64,000 nucleotides of DNA from NCBI GenBank assembly GCA_002633005.1, contig NMRA01000004.1, positions 1,595,144 to 1,659,143 on the forward strand, in the 5' to 3' direction. The translations under genes and the position numbers were made by a program. Shown one piece after another: positions 25,101-37,500 of the stretch. This DNA is from Phoronis australis (taxonomy: Eukaryota > Animalia > Phoronida). Positions within the stretch are counted from its first letter, which is position 1. Every line of letters begins with the position of its first letter. The notes below the pieces were generated by a model that was not told where the DNA came from, did no database searches, and worked only from the letters and a program-made list of their open reading frames with translations.

Positions 25101-27640
25101 AAAAATTACAACGAAATGCCATCATTTCCAGCAGCTTTACTCACTTTCATGTCATTCATACACTTACATGTATCTACTTCATCAACTGACCGATCATCCA
25201 TGTTATGCACCGCTTCTTCCTCATAGCAGTGATTAAACTGTTCAACATATTCATAAAACTGAGAAAAAATACGTCATAGTCTCTAATGTGTGAAGTATAT
25301 ACGTTTTTAAAACTGTTATACCATTGTGTACTGTATGTGTAATATTTGAAGACCTTCTTTGTTACCTTTCACCAAGTTCCAAAATTGTTTTTTATATTCA
25401 TTCACCGATGAATCCAACAATGCTTTGGTTAGTGTTTCTCGGTAAATTTTTTGTTTTGTTTTGTTTTAGTTACTGTTTATATCTCTTGTTATATTCCCTA
25501 TATCTAGCCAAATTTTCTTCAGTTCCATATCTTCTGTATTTCCTTAAATAACTACGTACTATTAACTTATGATCATGACATTCTCTATCAAACCATGGTT
25601 CTGGTTTAGATCTACGTTTTGGTGGATCAGTTTTTCTCATATCAGCACTTATGGCTGATTTTACAACCAAATTGTATATACAATCTAAGTCCTCGTCAAC
25701 ATTACTCGTGTTATTTTGAAGACTTGATATATTTTCCAGACAGCCACCGCCTTCAGCCAACTGCAAGTTTTCAAAATAATTATTTTTATTTTCATCATTC
25801 CAAATTATAGATTTGTTTATTTTTTCCATTGACACTGTGGGTTTCCCGTGTATTGTTGCAGTTTACATGCAAGGTAAACAACACTTACCCGTCTATAATC
25901 ATTTCCAACGGAAAATGATTGGGGTCGACCTGATTGCCGACTTGAAAATCGATGACTGAGGTAATAATTTCATCACTGACCATGAAATAGTCCACTACAC
26001 TACTTGCATTTGTATTCACAAAAGTAAATTTACCGGTATTTTATCACTACCACTGCAACCGTTTAAAATTATAATTCTACAACTTTTACAAAGGTACACT
26101 AACTCCCGACCATAACAATTACGCTCGTTATCTTGAGACTCACGTGATGGTATCTGGGCATCGTACTCATAACCCGTATCACCTAGGTCATTTTCAAGAA
26201 ATGGCACTACAGTCTCATTGTTTACAAAATCTTCCAATGAAGCTGTTGGGCCTTGAAATCACCGCACAACATGACATTGTTATTTGGATTGTGAGACTTA
26301 AATTGTGCAATCAGGAATTCAATTTTGTCAAACATTGGTTCATTCGCATGCCCGGAACACTGAGGGGAAATATAAACATTCCCTAAATATAGAGTTGGCT
26401 TATTCATACCAGCAGCAAATTTTATCCAAATCATATAATCTGATGTCACCTCATTTACATAACCAGACAATTCGTTTTTTACAAAATTAAGCACACCACC
26501 CGAATTCCTTATACTACGTTTTCTTTTCGTTCTTAGTTTACTGAAACACGCAAACCCGTCTAACGAGAAATCTTGTTTCTGCCCATGTCTCTTGAAGTGC
26601 CAATACATCAAAAGAATTCATGTAATCAGTGATGTCATTTCTTTTAAACGTATTTTTAACCCATTTATGTTCCAACTACTCACTCTTAACTGTAGGCCTC
26701 GGCCTAAATCCTATTCATTTCGCGGACCCGCTACGAGCTCAACGACGTTTTTGGTGGAGTCGTCATATAGTATATAAGCCTTAATTTTCCGTTTATTATG
26801 AGTTTGTAGTAGTCCATTCAGTTTGCATTAGATTTCCTTTAGCCTTTGCTTCCATCCGAAACAGACCGAGTTTCTTCCCTTACTTTTGGCGAGAAATCTT
26901 CGGATATTTTGTACTGGGTACCACGACGTTTGTGACGAGCACTTCTCAGGACCATGTCATGTCTCTATCTTTGTAGCTGTTAAACTTAACTATCACGGGC
27001 CTTTCTACTCCTCGTCCTCGTCGTAGCCTATGTGCTCTTTCAATCAGGATTTTATTTGCGTTTTCTATTTCAAGTTTTCCGGACATGAACTCACTAATCA
27101 TATTTTCTGTAACATCCCAATGTTCGTTTGTATTTGGCGTTTCATCTTTAATGCCGTGTATGATTAGGTTGTTGCGTCGGCTTTGGCCCTCCATGTAGTC
27201 CAGTTTGTTTTCAAGTGCACTGACTATGTCTTTCAGGTCTTTGTTTTCATGCGTAAGTTGGCCAATGACACAGCTCATTTCATTTACGTGCATGATAAGG
27301 GCATCTAGCTGATTCAACTTCTCAAGCTTACCACTCAGTCCATCGCCTTGACATCGTTAAGTGTGGGCTTCTTGTTTTGCCTAGCACTTGTAGCTATATC
27401 TAGACTCGCGTATTGTCTAATGTCCTGGGAGCCATGTCCGCCATCTTGGTTTGCTTTTGGTGTTTGTGCACTGCTCGATCTTAGTTCCCTCGAAGCCTCA
27501 GTTCGTCTTTCTTTACTCAGCGTGACACCTCACTTGTTCTACCAATAGTTTGCAAACTTTTACACGGTTGAACAGTGTTTTTGCTGTACAAAAACGACAG
27601 CAGATCAAACATACGTCTTTACTCTCGCGCATACTTGAGC
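22120..27640 (-). mobile_element. Near full-length degenerate LINE, RTE-X-like (ORF1, APE, RT, C-terminal Cys/His motif)
   Basis: ORF1: coiled coil, SRRNNLIIHGI, IERAHRL, RPVIVKF. APE: RNSGGV, VYISP, CGDF, NCYGRELV, ILNG. RT: KAAGNDGI, FRKGYSTVDN, FVD/KKAFD, LLFADG (the ADD motif is mutated), AVRGELGR. C-terminus: RVCPCCDSGKVETEFYFLLKC. Many stops and frameshifts. Confidence 0.85.
23749..24737 (+). mobile_element. 5'-truncated RLE-type non-LTR retrotransposon (Hero-like, R2 group) nested in the LINE
   Basis: ORF 23828-24487 has YDTLPTPVNL, a CCHC knuckle (CRGC..TLEHVLSSC), YTWRHD, RPD, IELTVPWE, KLLKY and EVGCRG, the restriction-like endonuclease motifs. The frame continues past a stop to WLWLQRE. 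Confidence 0.88.
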
Positions 27641-30600
27641 AACCTAACAGTACAAAAAGAAAAGAACCTCCTTTAACTTCGTACTGGTATTACCTGCGTC
27701 AGGTAAGCCTTTGGCTATCTTAATTATTATTCAGCTTGTTGTTGGGGCAGTCTGTCAGCTGGCCAGTAAACAGTCGACCTCTTAAGTTTGCTGAAAGCAG
27801 CCATTTTGACGTGCGCAAGTTTCTGGGATTTTTTTCTCGTTCGGAGGAGATGCTGTGAGTCGGAGAGTGATACTAAGAGATACCAAAAGGACAGATGTGT
27901 TCCAACCCAGTAATAGGTTTTATTTACATGTATCACTTATGGATTTAGTAGTGTGGAACACAAATACCAATGTGTTCAAGTATGATAAATAAGAAAAGTA
28001 AAATCGTAACAATATTTAATCTTCTGCGGTATACATGTAGTAAACAGGCACACCGTCACAATCCAAAAATCGTTTCAAAAATATGAAATGGTCTGAGTTT
28101 GTCTGAGCATCCATATTCCAAACAATTTCAGCTATTTTTTGTCTTTTAGACTAAGTTTTCCATTTTGATTTAAACCAACATTTCCGTTAATTTGGGAAAT
28201 GTCCCAAAGAGCGTTTTTTCCAAACAATATCCCACTAACAGTCCAAACATGTTTTGTCAGCCCAACAACACAAAATGCAATTGGTATGAACAATGACATT
28301 TAACCAATGTACATGCAGCAGTTACACTCCAGTCTAAAAGTTAAAACTGTTTGGTAAAAATTCTCGATTGAGTTGAAAGTCTGACTTAATGAGCAAAGTT
28401 TTGTTATAAGTCACTAAAGACTTTCTAAAATCTTATTCATCCCGATTCCTACTTTTGAATGGGCGTTCTTTCGGGGACGCTCTTTTGGGAACGTAATGTT
28501 TGGGAAGTCCCGCCAATAGGTCACAGCACCAGCCTACAATTTTCCACTGAAATAGAATCGCAACTGCTTAATCTGGATCTAAACTAGTGTGCAAGCACGC
28601 ACATGTACACATCCAGTACAGTATTCCAAAGCATGTTGAGCGACCCCATATCTTTAGCAAGAAGCTTCATCGCATTCAGCAAACCAAATAGCGGTACGTG
28701 TTTTCACATGATGGGAAGCGCCGGGGTATCGGTTTCAAGCATGGCTTTACTCAATCGTTGAGTGTACAAGGCGCCTAATTCCGAATGGATTATAGGCCCA
28801 GCTTCGAATGTAGGCACTGGGCCTAAATACTCATACATACGTTAAAAACAAAACTTTGTACTAATTCTTATCGGTCATTGAATTGTGTAAGAAATGGTTA
28901 CATTTTAAACTTCTTTCGAAGAAACTCTCATTTAAATGTTTGGTAAGTTCAGTGATTTCCGTTTTTTCTTTAAGCCTAGTTACATATTTGTTCAATTCTT
29001 AAAGCATTCAGCATTCGGATAGAGAAAGTTTCAAACCGTCGTTATCCATGAAATGGTGCGAAAATTGCTAATAAATATGTAAGCCAAAGAGTAGTCATTT
29101 TTCGGAATAACGGTTCTTCGGGCTATCGGGCCTATACCGACCCTTTGCTGGGAGAATTTTATTTGATTCTCGGCTCCCCGAACTATTGAAATGGCTTCCA
29201 ATTAATTTTTGTTTTTTATTTGTTCTAAATGGTTCACATCGATAACGAAAAAATTAATTACGCGTCCTCTATCTTACAAGACATCCCAACACTAGTGAAA
29301 TCCAAAACATCACCCATATTGTGTATAAGTATATCTTATTCAGTGAGGCGTGGAATATGTTGCCATATGACAAGCGGTTTATCCCGTTCAGTACGCTTTA
29401 TTTTGGTCATATCACGCGACCTAATGAATATAAGTCAGAAAAGAATTCTACCCCCGACCAGGACTCGAACCCAGGACCTTCTATATTGTTTTGCGTGGCC
29501 GGAGGTGCCACCCTAGATGGCGAGTGATTTACAAAGTGTTATAGGTATCACTGATTAGGTGCATACTGGCAAATGGATTGGGTCAAACAAAACAGTCTGG
29601 GGAAACCTACTAGCTATAATTAAATAAAGATGTTATAAAATCGACGGACGATTCAGTCAGACGAATAACAAATATTCATTGTGGGCTTGGGTAGCCCCAT
29701 CTTTAGACGAACGTCAGCCAGTCTAAGAATGGACATATTCTTAAATTTGACTGGATGTTAGGTAAATAATAAGACTGCACGATTCACTTTGAAATAACTG
29801 GTACATGTGTGCCGTCCTCACGAAAGACGTCGCTCTAGTCGGCAGGCGACTCAAGTATTGGTTTATGTAGTAAACGCCGGTATGCTAATCACTACTAAGT
29901 TTCATTTCTTACATCAACGTATGACGTATGCATTGTACGCTTCTTATACTATGGCCTCACTACCTTCCTTAGCATTTAAGCCGGTGGATAAAAGCAACAT
30001 TTAACGAGTGGTATAAAATTTCGATACAAGTATCGTCTTGCAATTGGAATCAACTTGTGAGGGTCCCTTTCTGTCTCTCATTTTCGGCAGGTGTCGCTCT
30101 CTCTCGAAAAGGAGAGTGGCCTGTTGAGATGTAAAGTGCAATTCTGGTTAAGCTGCTTACAGCAAAATAAGGTTTTACTAAGCACATATTTATACATTTG
30201 ATCATGTTTTGATTATAATGAATTTTATCATCACGAGGTCGACATACACGTATTTAAACTCTCCGCATCAATTTTCAAACCTTATCACATAAAATGAAGC
30301 TCGTTTTCACTCTCACCACTAGTGTTGTATACATGAATGCCACGAAATCTCTCGTTCTCCGATAGACAAGCGTGCCGCCTTGTTTCAATGTAAACCTTTT
30401 GTCTTGAGCATCTACATGTAAGACGATAAGGGTCTAAACAGTACAGGTATTTTTCAAACTGTAGCTCCGTTTTGATAGTTCAGTAAAACTATTGATACTT
30501 AGTCCAATTATTTATTAGAGTGCCAATTTTTAACGTCCCAGTCAATTAATCTCTGACGATATTCTGATAGCAATAAATTTATGTCACCCGGTCTATATAA

Positions 30601-31466
30601 CCATACATGTACCTCTCCAAAACCCGTAAAAAGGCCTTTTCACAGAATATGCCCAGTTGTGTCTGCCGCCGTCCTCACGTAGTTGCCGTAACGACACTGA
30701 ATTAGACGTGAGGCTTTACCGGAAACGGCCTTGTTCAGAAAACAAGCTTGAATATACATGTATATTTGGTATTACATATACAACGTTTAGTAAAAACAAT
30801 GAGCAGTGGTAACTTTAACAATCGCTTTCGCATACAGGCGTGTGCTCATGAAGTCGGATGTACAGAAGGCGCAGCTTGACATTGGCGGGTTTGACATAAA
30901 CGTACTAACCTTAACTTGCACCGCCAATGCGGAGTGCAATGTAAAAAAGAGAAAATTCGAAAGAAAAGACAACATTTGAACGATCACAAATACACAAAGA
31001 GGGCGTTTCGATTAATTTCTGTAAAACGTCATCATTGAAATCTATACCGTGACGACAAAGAGATGGTTAGAGTACAAACTGCGACAATCCCAACTGATAA
31101 AAACCACGGCCCACTCAAGGGTCAAAGGTGAAGTTTTGTTGGTGTAACATTATTAACATTAGTGTGACTTTAGTGCACGAGTCAGCCGTGACTCTGAGGA
31201 AGAAGGTTGAGCAGTGAAAAGTCACGAGCTATGGTACATCAGCATCCAATACCATAGGTCACGTGGTCCGAGATGAAGGCAAATTTTCACTCCAGTCTGT
31301 CCGATATGTAATTCGAACCTCAGTATAACGAAATTTTAAAACGGCCCGGAAAAACCCAGTTACCTCGAAGTGCCAAAGCATACGAGATTAGACATGGTAT
31401 TGAAGTCACGGATGGAAACAGTTTTCAACTTTGCTGCTTTCACTGAATCCCAAATGTCTGTTGACC

Positions 31467-31573
31467 TTAACGTGTGTAGACCCCTTGAACTCTGAGATCT
31501 TTGGGGTCAAAGGGCGACTTAGTGTGCAGTGCGGCAGGATACGCAGTGCCCATCCTTTCAATGGTGAATTCGC
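31467..31573 (-). CDS. SARDH: SARDH copy 1 last coding exon
   Basis: [35 protein letters not shown]. Confidence 0.92.
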
Positions 31574-34500
31574 CTAAAAAGAAAAAGATTAAGGCTTAGT
31601 GAAGAGTAACCGAGTCGCAACGAAGTGTCATTGGTGAAGAGTATGATGAAGCGTTCCGAGCTAGATGTACGTTGAAAAGTAAATAAATGCCGCATTTACT
31701 TTAAGAGGTAAAATGGTTTTACACTAATAAAAACACTAAAATTCAGACAGTACCAGATTTCAAAAAATCCATTGACACAGTCTGTCCTTCCGGGTGTGTC
31801 ACATATCCATAACCCAATGACTGGCCAAGCGAGAACGCGTATTCACCCCTCCGCAAGTACCCCACGACTTGGTTGTCACGGAAAATTGCCTCCAAACCAA
31901 ACAATGGCACATGCCTGAAAATGGGAAAAAAGAATAGCAATGTAAAATTAGCTTGGCATAATGCAGATGACACAGACCGATCAAAACAAGTCAAGTGCAC
32001 CTTGACCAAAAAAATAAATAGTGTTACAACCTGGAGTCCTGTTTTGTTGGTTATAAAATGTGGTCATCTACAAATCTGACATGTTCAAACCAAAACGTTT
32101 CCAAGCAACATGCAGCGCCATCTACTGACTAAACGAGAGACAAACACACAACACTTGGCTGCTAGAAAACAAGCCGATACTGACTGTTGGCAAAATCTAG
32201 GTTATGGCTATTGGTAGGAAACAGAAGCTGGCTGTGTGGTCTCCGAATACATGATGATTTCTGTGAACAGCACTCAGGTGGTTAGCACTGACAATTACAA
32301 ATATCTAGGATGGAGTTATGATTAACTCAAGTTTAACATGGGGTGCTTATAAGGTTTGTCAGTCTATTAGTCTTCTGAACAAAGTTAAGAACTGCGTCAG
32401 TGAATTGGGCTGTTCTTCTGACATTGCTACATTTTGATTATTGTATCCTGGCATGCAGAAATTATACAAAATATCTATAGGAAAGTCTTCTGAGAAACTT
32501 CAAAACATGACTGGACGATTTTGACTACAATGTCACATTGAAGGCCTCTACAGCAATTTTCACACCAGAGATGTTCTGGACACCCTTTCATAGCCCACCT
32601 TGGATACCAGGCATGATGTCCACATAAACACGATTGTTGTTGTTATTATGGATGTTTTATTATTAAATGTGAACCTTGACATCCTTGCACTGGTTGTCGC
32701 CGTCGTTGCTGTTGTTTTTGTTGTTGAAACTGAGGCAAATATCAACCCTGGAGTGCCACGCGGTCAATATTAGATAGAGTACATGTACGATGAATATAAA
32801 CCAATGCACGTATCTATTAGCGGTAAACACTGAGGACATTGGACAGGTATTTTCGAACACATCACCATATTTTGTCAACGGGGTCGCTAGTTGTCCTTAC
32901 TCGTCTATCGAGAAACAGGCCAGTCTTTTCTTCACACCTTCAGCCTGCATCCGCTCCACAGCTTCACGGCCCAAAAACGACGTGTTAGTCTTCAGCTTAC
33001 ATGTATGCAATAGCCCTGCCTCAAGGGGCGAGTCATCCGGTCGTATATCAGCATGCCATTGCCTGTATCCTAAAACATTTAGAAGAAATTGATAGCAGTA
33101 AGAACAATATCAAGTTACCAACGCTCTAATACAATAGCAATTTTCATAAAAGTGTTACCTCCAAAAATATCAACTACAACAAGAATAATGTTACAATGAC
33201 AGACCTTTCGAAAAAGTACGTTACATGACTCACAAAATACACAGTAGGTTAGTGATGCTGTTTAAAATACACTGGACAAAATGACTATTTTCAAAGCAAG
33301 AGATGTAATAAAAATGAAGCGCTTTATTGAGTCTAAACGAACACCTATGATTTCCATACCGACCATAGTATAACTTAACAACCAAGAACTTGCCGTATTT
33401 CACGATTACATTTTTGCATAAAACGGGGTGTCCCGATGCAATCATATCACCGAAGTAGCGTTGAAATTTAAAGACAACTTAAAATGAGCCAACTGCCTTT
33501 TAGATATGTTAAATACGTGTACTTTTGTGCAACATATCTTTGTTTCGAATGGTAAAACAGTAGAACCATGCAACCAAATGCATTTTACACGAGACTCACG
33601 GATGGCGGACCTGAAGAAAAAACATTTTCGCAACGTTACGAAGGCAGTTCCGTAGACATCAGGCCCGTAGCCAGGGGGTGTTTGTGGGGGGGGGGGCTNT
33701 TCCGTAGACATCAGGCCCGTAGCCAGGGAGTGTTTGTGGGGGGGGGGGGCTTTGCTCGAACCCTCCCCCCACCCCTCCGAGGAAAAGGTCCAGCCCTAGC
33801 CTATCTGATAGAATAAGATACGACTTAGATAGGCAACAGAATGGTTGTAGCTACTAGTTTTACTAACTACAAGCATAAGCAAGTTAATGNTAAAATTTAG
33901 AATTTGCTTCCGATGTAAAGCACTTCACATACATGTAATCATCAGGTCGAATCCGGCCCGAGTAGTGACTGCGTAGATGACGATTAGAAGAGGCTTTATG
34001 TTATTCTTCGGCAATGAAAGCGCGTGGTCTCTACACCAAATGGTAACACGGGAGTCTAGAAGTAAATGTCTATACCTAGCCTAAACCATATACATATAGC
34101 ATTGAGAGAGCTCCCCAAAAGTACAGTAGTGTCGTGTGAATGCCTTAAAATCGACGAAAAACAAAACAGCAGAAAATGGTCTTGTTATTTGCTACTTTGG
34201 TGTACTTTTTAGCATATTATGGATAGAGTGCAGGCATTTTCAAATTTCGAATTGAAAGTGATCGTCAAATATCTTGTTCATCTAGTGTCCACTTTGATTG
34301 TAGATTGGTGGATTGACATATGCATGCGTGTACACGTGTTTGCGTTTCCGTTCTTTTAAATTCAGTACTCGCCGACGGTAAGTTCACCGAATACTCTGTC
34401 GTTTTCTGCACTGAGAAATTCCCAAAATGTTCACATTTTTAGGTAAGTCTAGACCTAATTAAAACTTTGATCAATGAAGAAAGTCTTCTCGCAGATTTCA

Positions 34501-37500
34501 TACGAGCAACAATCTTGCTGGAAAAGATTTCCAAGAAGGTTACATGGAAGGTCCAATACTCCGAAAGTTCGCTACCTTCGTAAGTTCACTACTCCAAATG
34601 TCCACAATTCCGAAACCAGACCTCCGACAATTCATTAACTCTGATTTTCTACTAATGATTCAGAACTGAAATGAATAAGGCGTTGTATTTGTGTTCATTT
34701 AGTAACCATTTAAAGGTTGTGCAAGAGTTGAATAGTCCTAAAAAATTGATTAACATTGTTTACAAAAGAGCTCAGTTCCAATCACTGGCAATCGTGATTC
34801 TTGAATCAAACTAAAGACTCATTCTCAATTAGGGACATCATCTGGGGCACGGTTCCGAGATGTGGCGACCAACGGCGGTTTTAACTTTAGAAAGACTGAA
34901 TGAGACTTCGTTTAGACTGGCAGGGACAGGGTAGCCTATTAACTACATTTGGTTTCGACCCGGCCGTGAGAGTAGTTCCGGTGGGTGAGGTTGAATCGTG
35001 GCGGCCCTATAAACTTTTCTTACGCTCTGTAAGAGGATGCAATCTTGACATGGCATTGATGAATGTACCGTGGTTGATAATTCATCAACGTTTCTACTTC
35101 ATATTCTTTTAGAAATCCAGGTACGTACTCATTTTTCCGCGTTCGCAACACATGCGGACAATTTCACATGGACAAGAAATCCTAACAAAGTGATTTATTA
35201 GCCGGGTGTATTGTTGTCGGTATAGTTGCATCTAGTAACCGAAGTGTCGCTTTTTTGCATGTAACGTTACACCCGAGTCAGAAATTTAGACATTTTTGGA
35301 GTAGTGAACCTTCGGAGTGATGCACCTTCGAAGTAGTAAACCTCCGGAATAGTGAACCTTCGGAATAGTGGGTTGTTCCCATTTCCAGCGATGTAAGCAA
35401 CTTTTAACAAAAATACAATCAGATGAAAAATTACGTCAAGACATTTTCAGACTACATATTACCGTCTGAGTATGTAACGAGGTGTACTTAGTCATTTAAA
35501 AAAGTCCGATTTGAAAGTTTGGCAGGAGGTAACACGAGAACGTTAGGCTTATATTGATGGAACGCATTACGTCCGAATATGAGTCCCGTTTTTTGCGAGC
35601 AACCGTCACGACATCCTCATTTCCGGTATTACAAATTCCATATTATCTCAGGAACATAGAGCTGAGAGCCATCGTTGCCGTGGATACAGATTCCCTTTCC
35701 TCATAATTAAGCTTCAAGCGCCTTATCGAAAACTCTAGTGTCGACGTTTGCAAAAGGTCAACCTTTCTAGAAATTCGAACCACCCCCGCGCAATGATGGC
35801 TACGGGCATGGACATGCACACAGAAATAGCCTCACCCTTCTCAATACTCAGAGAGTCGAAGGCCCTGTAACCTGCATTCACAATGCTGTGTTGTTCTCCC
35901 TCGGCCATCACTGCTCGGTAGACGTCAACGCATTCATCCTTGGGAATGAGTAGATCCCATCCCAGTTCACCAACGAACGAGTGACGGACAGCACGCACTT
36001 CATGTCCAGCAACAGATAAGATCTGTTAGTGGAAATATAAAGAATTAATGGAACTGATTCAGTGAAAATCACGGGAGATCCAGGATTGAGTTGGGGGAGA
36101 GGGGGGGGGGGGGCAGGGCAGAGTATGAGCCTGGATTTTTGCCGTCAGACATTCGCACACCCTAACTGCCAAATAGAATAAGGGAGAATTTTTGGGAGGC
36201 CATGGCCCTCTTGCCCCCCCCCCAAATACGATACTGACAATTTCAGTACACCTGTATCATTTGTTTACTTGCTTCGATTTTGCACACGACGTTTCACTTC
36301 GCTCGAGTCCTGGCTGCTCTTAACTTGAAATAAGATGGCGACGAGACGGACATTTTAACGTTTTAGTAAAATTTTATCTTGCTGAATATGAGAGGCGAAG
36401 TCGAATGATTTGACGAAACTTTTAGAAGAACATAGTGTTTCCGTACGTTAGTTCATAGGATAATTACGAAATTTAATGCACATCCAATAGCATGATTACC
36501 TTGTTTGTTGAAAACGGAAACGCGTCGTTGCTTAGATCACCATCTGTTAGGGCTTGAATAACATCCCGACTGAAATTAGTCGAATTTTAATTAGCATTTC
36601 TGACCAAATGGCTTCAGGTGCTATGTTTATCATTTATACGTCAAGATTACACCATCAGTCACCTCTTTACAGTTTTCATATACAGTGTATACCCAGGGTA
36701 CTTTGAGCCTGCGTCGTTCACACTATGATTCCAGATTACACCCTGGCCTTAAAGAAATACCTAACATTTTACGCATAAGAAATAAAACATTTCCAAGGAG
36801 AATAAATCCACCAAAACAATAGTTGTCACGGAACCGGCATGGCTACAAAGATGATAACGTAAAACTGGATCAGTCGCAGAAGTAGGGTTTCGTTATGATA
36901 ACATAGGTACGAATGACACGAAAAGTTGACTCGACTTGAAGTGCACTCGGATTTTCCAATTTTGTCGCCAGCCGAAGGGCAACAGAACATCCGGGAGTGG
37001 GTATACGTTTCGACCTCCAAAGATTCACGTGCACGAACCCTTGGTACCGTTGTTTTGCTATCAATACTCCCTTTTTCACCTACATTTTACTAAAAAGACG
37101 GGACCCAACCAATGATATACTGGTAGAAAGTCAAAGCTCTGATACTTCAGGTTTTCTAGTTTCAGGAAATGTTAACTTTTACACACATATTTAGCTACAT
37201 ACATGTACATGTACACACATTTGTCAGTAAGAGTAAGCTTCTCCATAAGTTTAAGAAGGTAAGACAACGCTAACGGTCAGGAAGGGGGAACATTCTGACA
37301 TCAGACAACACCTTTTAGGACCTTGAACACTCAACATTCCCATATCTTCGGACACATCCAACAGCTCACAGTCAAACTTCTCGTCCTGTAGTACGTTTAT
37401 GATATGACTTAAGTTATGCTGTGTGGTGGCGCCACTTACTGAGATGTAAAAACCACGACCTGTGTGAAAAACCAAGATGTCCACAACAAATCAAACAGAA

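Noticed and set aside
29445-29520. tRNA gene on the minus strand (GGTTCGAGTCC T-arm)
   Set aside because: Only the T-arm and part of an acceptor-like stem are present. There is no D-arm/A-box or anticodon stem, so it is probably repeat-derived.
33648-33752. Tandem ~50-bp duplication containing CAGGCCCGTAGCCAGG
   Set aside because: The copies abut the N at 33699 next to a G homopolymer, which indicates a contig-overlap artefact at a MITE end.
35297-35370. Short regularly spaced repeats as a CRISPR or iteron array
   Set aside because: They are contiguous 15-bp units with an inverted counterpart at 34545-34620, which fits a transposon end.
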